Shown: piece after piece, positions 27,000 through 39,770 of the stretch
Layout of the letters: every line of letters starts with the position of its first letter
How positions within the stretch are numbered: the stretch's first letter is position 1
From: the human T2T-CHM13v2.0 reference genome, Homo sapiens
Reading direction: 5' to 3' (one strand)
Length of the DNA stretch: 64,000 nucleotides
Assembly: GCF_009914755.1 (NCBI RefSeq)
Contig: NC_060934.1
Translations under genes and position numbers: made by a program
Notes under the pieces: generated by a model
Seen by the model: the letters and a program-made list of their open reading frames with translations, nothing else
The model's database searches: none
Told to the model about the DNA's origin: nothing

Positions 27000-27678
27000 A
27001 TTTTCTCAATTTCCACATACCCATAGACACACATGTAGACATCATGCACATGTACATCAAATTCTCACATGTATGTCAATTTACGTATTATTGTATTATT
27101 TACTGCAAAACGACCAGGTTTTATAAGTAGTTCTGCATCTTGAAAATTTCCCTAAATAATCTACAAGAAAAGCATTTTGTTGTCAGTAAACACCAAGCCA
27201 CTTCATTAAAAATATATAGCTCAATTTATTTGCTGGGATTCCATTGTTGGGCGAGGGCTTTCCTTTGTATTTACGTGTCTGAGTCTAATAGCATTCTTGC
27301 TTTTTCTTTTTCCTTAGCAAACTTGTCATTGTGTCTTTAAGGTATTTAGCAATGTGATGCTTATTCAAAGAGACCATTGTATATTTTGACAACACGATGT
27401 CTTCTGGAAAATTTGCACTAATCTTTTACCACACCAAATGCATATGAATATGAATGCCCATTTACATACTTCATTGATGGAATAGAGTATCATCTAATCT
27501 CTTAGATAAAAAATAATATGTAATTATTTGGCCATTTGTATTTCTTTTTCTATATACTATTCCTCGTGTTCTTTGCCTGTTTCTTAATTTGTTTATGTGT
27601 TTCTAATTAATTTTTATCCATTTTTGCAAATTAGAAATGTAACCCTATCTCTGTAATATTATTTAAAAATGTTTTTCC
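27000..27678 (-). mobile_element. Ancient L1ME-like fragments
   Basis: Weak antisense L1M motifs (ttatttggccatttgtatttctt, ctttgcctgtttc); very diverged. Confidence 0.45.
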
Positions 27679-28031
<353 letters not shown>

Positions 28032-28539
28032 TTAACTGGTGCAACCATTACTTGTTTTTAATCTAGTTGATTTCTCATTGGCTGACAGTGATAATGTACA
28101 TTTTACTACTATTTGTTTCCTGTTATATTAAGTTATTCTTGCACTTCTGGAACTTTTGATTTATGAATTGTATTGATTACATTTTCTGATGTTTATATAT
28201 TTATGACAGTTATACACATTATGGAACGAATCTTTTTTGCTATAAAGTGAAACATTTTGTGTAGTTTACACAAATTAAGGTATGATATTAATATTATAAC
28301 TATCTAAAATCTGTTAATATTTGTCTGGAAAGTCTCTTTCCAGGATTTATTTTCCTCAGCCACCTGAGTTTATTTTTTCTCAGTCACCTGTTCTATTCAT
28401 GTCTCTTATAGCAAATAGATGCATTTTATTTTCTTTTTGTTTAGATTTCTTTTTTCAAATATCTGTTACTCCATTAGGTAAGAATATTTAATACTTTTTT
28501 TATTGTTGTAGCTTATATCAGGTGATAATTCTATTCCTG

Positions 28540-28690
28540 TAAAAGACAACTATGTGAGGTGATGAATATGTTAATTAGCTTAATTGTGGTAATCATTTCC
28601 ACAATGTGTGTATATATCAAAACATCATATTTCACACCATAAATATATACAATTTCTGTCAACTATATCTCAATAAAACTGCAAAAAATG
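28540..28690 (+). mobile_element. L1MA/L1MB 3' terminus
   Basis: actatgtgaggtgatgaatatgttaattagctt...atcaaaacatca...ctcaataaaactg. Confidence 0.85.
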
Positions 28691-28949
28691 TTTAACGAAA
28701 ATTAAAAATCATTATTTGGTTAATATACTTATGACTTTAAATTATATAGTTAAATCTGTTTCTTGGTTATCCACCTTCATCTTAAGAGGGAGGATTAATG
28801 TTTCATGGTTGTGGGAGAGAGGTTTGCTCTGACTTTGCTGTCAAATGTGATGGGGGAACTGGTACAGGACTTGAATCACTCATAGGTGCTTATGTACAAT
28901 AACAAGCAGAAGTAAACTTAAAATTAAGTCAAAAATGGAGAACATAGAA

Positions 28950-29510
28950 TCTGGATTTCCTTCCCAGTATTCATCCCACCTCCTTCATTTCCTCATACCT
29001 GCTGCCTTCCTAACAGATCTCTGTTTTATACAACTATATACCTTTGCTCCACACAGCAATATGACCCTGGGGATGCTGTGTCTGAACTCAGACACTGACC
29101 TTCTTATTCTATCTATGTCAGTCAGCAAATGCTATTACTTCCGATGGCAGCTATTAGTCTAATAGTGAGTAGGGAGATATGTCACTTCAATTTCATTGCA
29201 AGGAAGGAATAATGTTTCATAGTTGTGGGAGTGGTTTACTCTAACTTTAATGTCAAATGTGAAGGGGGACAAGGTACATGATTTGGATCACTTCTAGGTG
29301 CTTACTTATGAAAATAAGCAGAGGGTAAGTCAATGCTGACAATCATAGAACAAAGTCAAAAAGGTCTCGGGTCTTTGATGACATCATTGAGGTACAGATT
29401 GCTCACTGTATGGATGTCTCACTAACTGAAATTGTAGCTATGTGAGACGGTGAGTATCACAGTTGTTTAATCCAGTTTAGATAAGACTTTGTGAAAGTCA
29501 ATACAAGCCT
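28950..29510 (+). mobile_element. Old MLT1 (J/K/L-like) MaLR LTR
   Basis: cttcctaacagatctctgtttt near the start; gggtctttgatgacatcattgag...tatgtgagac...ttgtttaatccagttt near the end. Confidence 0.6.
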
Positions 29511-30529
29511 ATTAGGATTAAATTATATTTATTTACATTATGCCTTTACCTTTACCTCACCATTTATATTACATTTTAATTTTTACATTATCAAATGTAA
29601 AACTTCAAATCTCAATGTGTTTCTTATTTCTCATAATTGTTTAACATACCTTTTCTTCCACGTGGACTTGATGCATATTCCTTGACTTTCTGCTGAGATT
29701 CCCCTTTTCATTTGGCTAAAGAAGTTGTTTCCTTGAGTGATTTTTTTTTGATATGAAGAAATGCCTATAATTGCTATACTTCTGAGAATCTATGCCACCT
29801 TTATATTTGAACAGGTATTTATCAGAAAATTTCTGTTTTCATCAGCACTAGATACTCATTCGTTCACTGTCTTCTGGAGCGCCTTTGGGCTTCAAAGTTT
29901 CCTCAAAAACAGCAACATCCCTCAAACAGATGCGACTTGAATTCTCATCCTCTTTCCTCTGTTCCAGTGGGACCTCCCATTTTCTGAAAGAAGAAGGAAA
30001 TATGCATGAAAGTTCTGTTGGTGCTTATGTTAAGTAAGAGCTGACAGGTTAAGGATGTTTACCAGGAACCCTCAGCATGCCTCTTTTTCTGCTTCCCACT
30101 TGCCTTAGTTACTTTCTCATTAGTTTTCAGTGTGGCTACATTTCTCTTTAGCATTGAGGAAAATGAGTTCTGGGTGTTAATGGTCCTTCTGTTTTTCATC
30201 TCCTGCTGTCTTCTATGCAGGGAATTCCCAATGTATCAAACATTAGCATTTTACTTATTATTATTTTTTATAATGGGGCTTCTTGTTACGTTAAAATTCC
30301 AGTTTGTTCTCCTAGGGCCGCACTTTGCATGGTTTTTCAAGAAAGAAATTACTGGTCAAGTTTCCAGGATTTGCATATTCTACATTTTAGGTTTCTTAAT
30401 GAAAAAATTATATAGTGCTGTGTTGAGCTGTAGGACGTAGTGCTTTGTCAATCCCAGAAAATCTCAGAAAACTATTTTATTTACTTAATAACAAATTATC
30501 TTTTAACCTTGATTCTTTTTAAAAATCCT

Positions 30530-31330
30530 TTTTAATATTTTATTTTGAAATCAGTTTACATTTTCAATAAACGCAAAAATTGTTCAAAGAGCTCCTTTAT
30601 AGTCTTCATTCAATTATTAACATTTCTGAATCATCTGAGAGTAAGTTGCCGATGTGATGTTCCTTATTACTTCACAGGTCAGCATGTACTTCCTAAAGAC
30701 GACGACACTCTTCTGTATAACCACAGCACAATCTCAACTCAGGAAAATAACACTGATGTTTTGGAATCTATCTAATCCATAAAATCTATTGAAATTATAG
30801 TGATTATGCCATTCATGTCATTTATAGGTTTGAATTCCACTCAAGATCACCTGTTGCACTTAGTTGTCTCCTCTCTTTAGTCTCTTTCAGTCTGGAACAA
30901 TCTTTACTTTCATAATTTTGGCATTTTTGAAAAGTACAAGTCAGTTATTTGGACTTTCCCTCAATTTGCATTTGTCTGATGTTTCCTTATGACTTATACA
31001 TTTATGCATAAGAAGTGATGCGGTATTCTTCTCAGTATATGGTATCAGGAGAAAACACAAGGTTAATTTGCCCTGTTACCAGTTTTTATTTAGGTAAAAT
31101 GTAACCAATTGATTTAGATGGTATCTCCCAAGTACTGTAGTTGGCAAAGTTAATTTAAAAGTATATTGTGTTTATTAATTAATAATGTATTGATGAATAT
31201 TAATTTAGTATTTTTAGGATATACTTTGAGACTATGTTAATATCCCGTTTCTCGTCAAACTTTTAAGATCCATTGATGATTCTTGGTCAATAATGATTGT
31301 GATGATGATTGTCAAATGGTGATTTTCTTT
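30530..31330 (-). mobile_element. L1MC4/L1MC5-like 3' region
   Basis: tctgaatcatctgagagtaagttgc, ctgtataaccacagcacaat, ttgtctgatgtttcc, atactttgagactatg, gatccattgatgattcttg motifs. Confidence 0.75.
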
Positions 31331-31334
31331 TTTA

Positions 31335-31465
31335 AAAATTATTTTTAGCTTTCTCAATGTATAATTGACACATAGGAATTGTATATATTTAAGGTACACA
31401 ACTTGATGTTTTGATATATGTACAAATTGTGAAATGATCACCATAACCAGGCTAAATAACAATAT
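31335..31465 (-). mobile_element. L1MA/L1MB 3' terminus
   Basis: gtataattgaca...tgtatatatttaaggtacacaacttgatgttttgatatatg...gtgaaatgatcacca. Confidence 0.85.
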
Positions 31466-31874
31466 CAGAATTTTGTAGAGACACCAATGCTTTTTTTTAA
31501 AATAACTGTGCTTACACTGCAGGAAAAGATGCGTAATATTTGCAGTCATGCTAAAGAGTACGCAGTAGATTCTGGTAGAAATGTTTTGTTCGTTTTCTCT
31601 AAAAATTTGTGTGAATACTCAGCTGAAAATGGCTGAGAAATACTAATTGTTCTTATCTTTTCTGGATTTATTTCTTTTTATGTTTTTCAAGAAAGGGGAA
31701 ATCTTAAATACATCATGAATCCATTTTTTATGCTGGCTTTTTTAGGATTATCTACTTCCTCATTTTTATTTTATATCACTAATGTCACAGTAACTTTGAA
31801 ACAGAAACAAAATAACCAAGCACCATATATAATTTATCTAGAGTTTTTAGATAATCATATCCATAATAACTAAA

Positions 31875-32070
31875 TTTTAGTGCTTAGTATTTATCAGATA
31901 CTATGTTTAGTGACTTGCCTCTATTATATCTTATAGTCTTCACAAAACCTCTATAATGTGCAAGTATCAGTGTTTCTATTCCTATCATGCAGAACAAGGA
32001 CTAGCAGGTTGGGACTTTGTCTAAGGAATGCAAAGACAGTTTAATGGGAAAGTAATGATTTAACATTAAG
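31875..32070 (-). mobile_element. MIR SINE
   Basis: agtgcttagtat...cagatactatg...agtcttcacaaaacctctat...gactttgtctaagg. Confidence 0.6.
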
Positions 32071-32809
32071 ACCACATGATTAAACCCAAACAAACAAAAA
32101 ATAAGAGCTGGGTATACTTTAAAGGAGAGTACAAAAAAATAGTGATTATCAGTAAATGAATAAAAATCCTTTTTCCTACTAGCATTTTATATAGGTATAA
32201 ATAATGTGTTTGCCTCAGGTGGAGAAGAGGTTGAAAAATCAAAAAGTCTTCCTGTGAAACTGAGGGTGGCCTATGGGACTTTAAGAAGAGGGAGCATATG
32301 ACTTGATGAGGTTGAGAGGATTTTTTTCTTCCCATCACCAAGACCAAATATATGCTTTTCTTGGGGATCAGCCTAGGGGAAGGAACAAGCTTCTGACACT
32401 AATGAGATTTTGTGTGAGTCTGGGAGAAGATGGAAATTAGCCTATGCATGGCATTCTGGGAAAACTTGAAGGTTGTATGGAAAAATGAGCACATCTAAAA
32501 GATGCTTGGAAGCTCCCAAAGGAAGGAAGCATCTGTGTTTGGGTGAAGCTAATGGATTATGCAGCTCAGGCTTCTGTGCCACTATGTATTCTATACCCAC
32601 AACATTTAATATTTGTATTAATAATTTTTTAGGTTCATTAAACTTCTTAATATAATGTTATATAAATTTATTCTATAAATCAGATGTTTTAAAGAATACC
32701 AATTTAAAAGTGGTGAAAATATACCACACGTTATTAATTGACAAAACTAATTACCTGGACAAATTCGTGTAAATGAAGGTATTCAGCTGAGTGCTATGTA
32801 ACTATTAGT

Positions 32810-33606
32810 AAAAAGTACTTAACTGCTGCCTCTGCAAATGCCCCAGATCCCTACTTGAAATTCAGCTATTACCAATTCATTTTAAAAGGGTCTGTCTCCT
32901 TCTAATATGTTTGGCACATGCTGGCTGCCTGCATTACTTATGCATCCAGGAAAGCATATGCGTCTATACTTAGACGTTGCATTAACCATGTTTCATGCTT
33001 CTGCAAACTTGATGCTTTACTATCTGCCCTGCATGCACATGCTGGACATTCCTTGTTATGAACAACTTGTTGCTACATCTGAGTCACCTACCCTTGGCCT
33101 CTTTCCACCTCATCACCCCTCCCCTCTGACCCCACTTAATGGAGTCCTCCTCCTAGGGGTGCCTTTTTCAAATATAAGCCAAGTAATCCAGAACCTATAC
33201 ACCAACCACTTAATTTATCTAGATCTCACTGGGCCACTATCTTCCTGCCCTGATTACCCCAAGGTTGGGTACCAGGCAACTAAGGACAGCCACCATGCCC
33301 TAGAGCCTGTTGAAATTATTCCAGCTAGCCATTCCTAAACCTGCTTCCTCTGCCTCTCCAGTTTCTTCTCGCAGAAACCACAAAACAGGCTCTTGCTCAT
33401 AGTTACTTGCTCTCCTTCTACCTTCTCCTGACTGGCTTTTGTGCTTCCCATGTGCCCTATACTCCCTCCCACTCCCCCACCTTGGTGACATGCCATGTCC
33501 TCCTGGGAACTGTGAGTAACAAACTGTCTTTTCAATAGGAGTGTTTCTTGATCTGTTGTCTTTAAGATACCTCACATTTTCTATGAATACACTGTATTTT
33601 AAAATA
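32810..33606 (+). mobile_element. ERVL solo LTR, MER54/MER73/MER74 group
   Basis: gagcctgttgaaattattccagctagccattcctaaacctgctt...gggaactgtgagtaacaaactgtcttttcaat...ttttaaaata. Confidence 0.8.
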
Positions 33607-33741
33607 GCTATGTAATAGTTTTTCCTCTAGACTCTCCATCATTTTTGATTGATTTTTGCATTCTCTGTGTCATTCACATTTTTCTGATGTATTGTGGTGA
33701 AGGGTAGGACATGCAAGACTCCATTTTTGGGAAAAGTTCAC

Positions 33742-33912
33742 ATTTTGAGTTGAAAATTTCATTTAGAGAATTGTAGGATTACATGAACTTGTGAGGAATA
33801 ATACAGTGACATCCGTGAACCCATTATCCAGTTTCCCTCAGTGCTAACACTTGCAAAACTAGAGTACACGATCACAAACAGCATATTGACTTTCATACAA
33901 ACCCTGATCTTA
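33742..33912 (-). mobile_element. L1MB/L1MC 3' terminus fragment
   Basis: attgtaggattacatgaacttgtgaggaataatacag...cccattatccagtttccc...gcaaaactagagtac. Confidence 0.7.
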
Positions 33913-34319
33913 CTTTCTTTTTGTAAAAATGTAGTTGTTGATCATTACCCTAGATAAAAGCAGATATCCCAGTATGGAAGATAGGTCAGTTCCTGTGAAA
34001 ACAGCTACTTCCTTCTCCTCTCTTCTCATGACAATTTTTATAGCAGATCAGATATATTTGTATTTAACACTTATAAGTTTGGTATCTTGACCAACATGCA
34101 TTTCTGCAATTATAGCAACTCACGTTGTTAGTATAAAATCATTGTTGTATGATTACAAGAGAACGTACTTAGTGAAACCATAACTTGGACATTTATGCTT
34201 TACCCTCTAGATTACAAGGTCTTCACATTCCTGAATATTCAGTATATGAAGTTATCAAAGCAATTTTGGAATCTTTATCCCAGTAGTAAAAATATGATGT
34301 CAGACATTTACACACCACT

Positions 34320-34620
34320 TTATCTTTGCTAGGTGTCTTCCAGCAAGGTTTATGTATAACAACTTACCGTTATACATAAACCTCTTATTGACTTTCCACA
34401 AGGCCCTACATGAGTAGTTACTATTGACTTTCCACAAAGCCCTACATGAGTTAGTTACTATTATTTTTCAAACTTTGCAGGTAAGTAAATTGAAGCAGAC
34501 AGACATTAATTAAATGTTTCCAAGGTTACAGTATTATAGTTGGTACATAAAGAACCAGGATTTGAATCCAGGCATTTTGGTTCCAGTGTCTGTGTTTATA
34601 ACAGTTATTCTAAATTGCCT
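34320..34620 (-). mobile_element. MIR SINE with local rearrangement
   Basis: tttgcaggtaagtaaattgaagcagacagacattaattaaatgtttccaaggttacag...ccaggatttgaatccaggca. Confidence 0.8.
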
Positions 34621-34679
34621 TTCCCATCATAGGGAAGATTTTCATATTGTGACCCTGAACTAGCTACTCTTCTTTGCTT

Positions 34680-34875
34680 ACATTTAACTAATTAGTCCCC
34701 TCAACAATCCTAGAAGATGTGTATTTTATTATTATTATTATCTTCATTTTATAGATGGGGAAAGCGAGGCACAGAGAAGTTAAGTAACTGGGTTATAGCC
34801 ATATAGCTGGCAAATGATACAGTTAGAATTTGAATTTGGTTATTGTTTCTAGACTTCCTATGCTTAACCACTGTT
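34680..34875 (-). mobile_element. MIR SINE
   Basis: cttcattttatagatggggaaagcgaggcacagagaagttaagtaact core. Confidence 0.85.
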
Positions 34876-35714
34876 ACAAATTAGTACTACCATATCAGAG
34901 AGTGTCTAGCAGGCATGACTTTGGTATGAAAGCCTTTACTATAAATTTGGATGATTAGAGACCCTTAACCTGATTCCCTTTAGTCACCAGATAACAAGAC
35001 AATACTAAGTTAATTGTTAATTTTATTTTACAGAATCTATTAAGAGTCCAAGATGAGCTTACATTTCATATCACATTCATTAATGAATAAGAGAGATTTG
35101 AACAATGCAGTTCTTCTGCATAGCCTTATTCTGAAATAAACTTTGTAATAGAAGATTATTTCCATCTAGTAGGTCCTTCTTATGGGGTTATGTATATGGA
35201 AATCTAATGGTTACAGAACAATCTTTGGTTATAATCTTTAGAGGTATAATCCTAGCATTTGAGTTTAACTGACAGCATGCAAGATTCCTTATCTTGTAGG
35301 GTGGAGTTTAGAGGAAGCTTCACGTCTAACAGAGGAGACCCAGACACACTACTTTCTTGGTCTATGCAGTTGGTTATGTAACTATTGAAAATTAGCCTTA
35401 CAGGATTTAATGGTGAATATGTGAATTGAACTACTATGTAGAAAGACTAAATTTTCAAAACTATATTCAGGCATATTTTAAATTAATGTATTGACATTGA
35501 CTGGAGACGAATTTCAACTTTAGGTATTTGTCCCCACCTTCTCAATTTGTGACTTTTTACGAAGTGTTTTGAGATCTTGAGTACATATCTGATTCAATCT
35601 AAACATAGTGCTGCCCATGCTGACTGGAATTCCAGAAAGAGAGAGAGAAGAAAACTGATACTAATTTTGTAACCCAAACTATACTCAGAATTTAACATTC
35701 AAAACAAATTTCTC

Positions 35715-36044
35715 AGCCAGGTGTGGTGGCTCACAGCTGTAATCCCAGCACTTTGGGAGGCTGAGGCGGGTGGATCACTCGAGGCCAGGAGTTCAAGACC
35801 AGCCCTGCCAACATGGCAAAACCCTGTCTCTACTAAAATACGAAAATACTAAAAATACGAAAATTAGCCGGCATGGTTGTGCATGCCTATAGTCTCAGCT
35901 ACTAGGGAGGATGAGGCAGGATAATTGCTTAAACTCTGGAGGCGGAGGCTACAGTGAGTCAAGATCATGCGTCTGCGCTCCAGCCTGGGTGAAAGAGTGA
36001 GACTCTGTTTCAGAAACAACAATAACAACAACAACAGCAACAAC
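35715..36044 (+). mobile_element. AluS/AluJb-like with (AAC)n tail and duplicated linker
   Basis: Full dimer; linker tactaaaatacgaaaatactaaaaatacgaaaa; TSD aacaaatttct on both sides. Confidence 0.95.
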
Positions 36045-37382
36045 AACAAATTTCTATCTCCTTAGGGACTTTGTTATCAGTATTGTACCCTTATGTTTTG
36101 CTCCTTTTCTGATTTGTCTACTCATGCCACAGTTGACATATTTGGTGTCACGGATTTAGGAAAACAGAAAGAATCTCCATCTTAGTAAATTTTTTTCCTC
36201 TTTGGCTTGATGTAAGCTATAACAATATTAGGAAAAATGCAAACATAAAAGCTGAAAATTCCTCATGTTATCAGTTTTTGAGAATGCTTACTGAAAATGA
36301 GTTTTTCTTTGTTTTGTATGAAACTAACATAGGACTGTCCACACTGATAATACAATACTTCCAAAATCTGTAATAATTGCCTTATTTTCTATACTGAATG
36401 CCAAATAAAAGGCCATGTAAATGATTTTTTCCTTGTGAGTTTCTGAATATCCATTTTTGAATACGCTAAAAGTAGAAATGGAAGATATATGATTTTAGTG
36501 AGTTGAAAATAAATGTTTTTTTTTTTGGAAATCTGATGTACTTATAATACTCAAAAGCTAGATCAAAGGTTTCTTTTTTAATACTATCTTTGAACAGAAT
36601 TGGTTGTTAGCATTGTTTGATGTAAAGGAAACAATATCTTTGGGAGAAGCAAATGAAGATTGGTAGCTAACTTTTTTTGCTCTTCAAAGTAAATAAGTGT
36701 CCTGGGAAATATTCTGTTCCTAGAATGCTATAAAAATCAGATGGAGCCAGGTTTCAGGTGGTTACTTCCTCTGAGTCCAATCTATAATCTCATTACAGTT
36801 GCCTGGTTTTGCTATTTGTGTTTTTAGCCTTCTTTTGGCATTAATAGAAAAAACAACAATAAAATCTACACATTAAAAGCTAGACCTACTTGTAATGTGG
36901 CTTACAGTTATTACTCCTCATCCGAAGACACTTCTCTACAAATCTGAATAGTGTATGTTTAATTTAGCAATTGATAGCAATTTAATTGAAATGTTTTCTT
37001 AGACACATTGCTTGTCCAAAGATTTTATATTACATCTATACTGCAAATTTTACACTTTAATTCTCATTTATATGCCATATTTATGCCAATAAAATTATTT
37101 TTCAATTAGATGGTTAGAGTAATGTGTTCTATTCATTTTCATTTAAATTAAGAAGATAAAAGAACTAACTACGCAGAAATTTTCTAGCTGCTGCACTAGA
37201 CTTCTATATGCCAGGCATATCTTTTGAAGTTAATGAGCTCCCACATATTAGTAGTTAGTTAATTTTTTTTCATGGCTAGAATATTTTGCATAGCACTGAA
37301 AATGCCATTAAGCCACTTAGTGCTTTAAATGGAGTCATCCTAATTGATGCCTTTCAAAATATTAAAACAATTTCCCTGCTTT

Positions 37383-37530
37383 TATAAAAGCCTGGGTACG
37401 AGAGCACAGTTGAGTTGAGTTGCTCCAGTCATTTTAAAAGTCATTGAACATGGATCATTTTGGCAGACAGGACAGCTTGAACTGATGCAAAATAAATTCC
37501 TGTTACTTGAAGACAAGATGTTTGGTAAGT
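37383..37530 (+). promoter_or_regulatory. Candidate TATA core promoter plus first exon ending at a consensus donor
   Basis: TATAAAAG at 37383-37390, YR initiator-like sites ~25-30 nt downstream, TTG|GTAAGT donor at 37524/37525, in repeat-free DNA. Confidence 0.3.
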
Positions 37531-39494
37531 TTGAGAGAAATCCTTTGTCCCAGATAAAAAGAAAGCTATATCTACCACTGAAAGTATGCTTTCCATTTAG
37601 TTTATTTCAAAAAGGGATAAATGGATTTAAATAGCCCAAAGTATTGAATACTTTTAGAGAAGACTGCAGAGATCACGCTGATCTAATTAACAAAATTGCA
37701 TGCTTTTTATATGCTAGCTTCCTTTTTATTAGCCAATTGGAAATAATATATTATCAAAGGGAAACCCACTTTTCTTTTTTATGTAGTACTCGTGCCCTAT
37801 GTTCACTGGTTCTACTATTACAGTTCTATAGTAGGCTTTTTGAATATGGACGCGTCCCTTAATTCTTTGCTCCAGTTCACTTCTCTGGATAAAGGAGACA
37901 GCACCCCACCCTACAATTTAGTAAATTACTACTCTGAGAGACTGAATGTCACCCTAGAGCATTAAACCTCAAAGACTTAATGCACTTTCCAAGAACTAAC
38001 TGAGAGTTATTTGCACACTGGAACCTTCAGGCAAGCCGAGGAAAAGATAACTAATGAAAGTGTTCATAAAGCACTTAGTACTGTAAAGTATCAGGATACT
38101 TTTATGCAGTGTTGAATGATGCACTCAGAGCATCTGGGGTAATTTTATTTAAACAGAAATTTCTAAACAGTTATCTAAAACCATTTCATTTTGACCCCTT
38201 GTCAAAATGGGGCACTGCTCAGTACTATTGATGAGCCACCTGTGTCGTGAGCTCTGCAGGTCCACTGCAAGTCATACTGATCAGATTTAACTGGTCCCTG
38301 GTGATCAGATTTAACTGGCTCTGCTTACTTTTTTTTCTCCAGACAAGTCCATTTCAAAATTTCCACAGTTAACTGTACTAGAACTTCTCTTACTGTCTTC
38401 CTAAATAACGCTTATCAGAAAATGAGCTCATTATCTGCATTACTGAGCTTATAGACATTAGTATAACCTATTTCAAGTATCCTTTTTGTTTTTCTCTTAT
38501 AAAACTATTTGTAGATTCTCACACAGCTTTTCGTACTTTGTTTCTCTCTTTAAAGTATTCTGACTTCTTTTAAAGACAAACTCCTCCCCCTCGGGTCTTC
38601 ATTAAGTCTTTACTCCACCCAGTATCCACTTTAAACAAAATTGGACATTCTTTACGATGTCTCTCGTATGAACTTTTCTCTTCTGAATATAATACTCTTA
38701 CCAAGCCATTCCTCAAATTACACTTAATCATTCTGACTATTCTTGTTAATGCACTATTAAAGTTGCTGTCTCCACTATGTCACCAGCAAATAAGGAGGCA
38801 AACAATCAATATGGAAGTTGAATATCAGGTTTTAGATACATATATACTCCCAATAGTGTCTTAATTTAAAAAGAGATTTCTAAACAGTTATCTAAACCCA
38901 TTCTTCTCATTTAAATCACATTAAGCTATGACAAATTCCCATTATTGGATCTTATTAGTCAGAAGTTGTTGAATAGATAAACAAATGAATCAATGTAAAA
39001 TAAACAGGGCTTAATGTCATAAGATCTGATCTTGTGTCGGGACCATATCAAGAGAGAAACTTTTGGTGAATGTTCAAACCCAGAAGAGGAAGATAGGTGC
39101 AGAGAGGATTTTGGTTTTTTTTGTTGTTGTTGTTGTGGTTTTTGTTCTTTTGGCTTTGGTTAATTATATTTTGTGACATAACTTGCTTATAATGATGTAG
39201 CAGAGAAACTGGGTAGATTCATTTTTCTATCATTGCAAAAATTTTCAAGTATCAGTACATAGGTCTCCCAGCAGACCTATGCAAGACCTACCCTTGTACA
39301 AGGTGCTACTTGGAACAGAATCTGGGATCGTGTGTCGAGGAGCCTATAGTTCAGATACTATTTTCAGAACAATTTTGCCTTAAATGCCAACAGATCCTTG
39401 GAAAGTCTGTCTCTACCCCTCCTAATTTTAGGTAGCAGAAATCCAAGGGCAGAAAGAGGAACTCCAAGACTTACCCATTTTGGTAGAGTGATTA

Positions 39495-39770
39495 CAAAAA
39501 ATAACTCCAAATGTTTACTTCTTCTTCTATCTAAACTTCTTTCCATATGGCCCTGCAGATATGCTAATCAAGAGGTAGAATCCATTACCCCACCCTGAAT
39601 TGGTGATTTCTTTGACCAATAGAATTTGGCAGAAGTGACGATGTACTTGCTATGTGACGATGTACTAGCCTCAAGATGCCTTGCACATTTTTGTTCATTC
39701 TCAAAATCCTGCCACTGCTACGTGAACAACTCCAGCTAGCCAGTGCCATTCTTGCCTAGCCTGTAGACTA
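39495..39770 (+). mobile_element. MLT1E/F/G-like MaLR LTR fragment
   Basis: atcaagaggtagaatccattaccccaccctgaat...tttgaccaatagaatttggcagaagtgac...agcctcaagatgccttgca. Confidence 0.75.

Noticed and set aside
28540-31465. Inverted pair of homologous L1M 3' termini about 2.6 kb apart, resembling TIRs
   Set aside because: Common short L1 3' ends, too diverged from each other; independent insertions suffice.
32907-33338. 143-aa ORF
   Set aside because: Lies wholly within an ERVL LTR; no gag/pol/env similarity.
39635-39666. 13-bp direct repeat gtgacgatgtact in MLT1
   Set aside because: Ordinary short duplication in a repeat.
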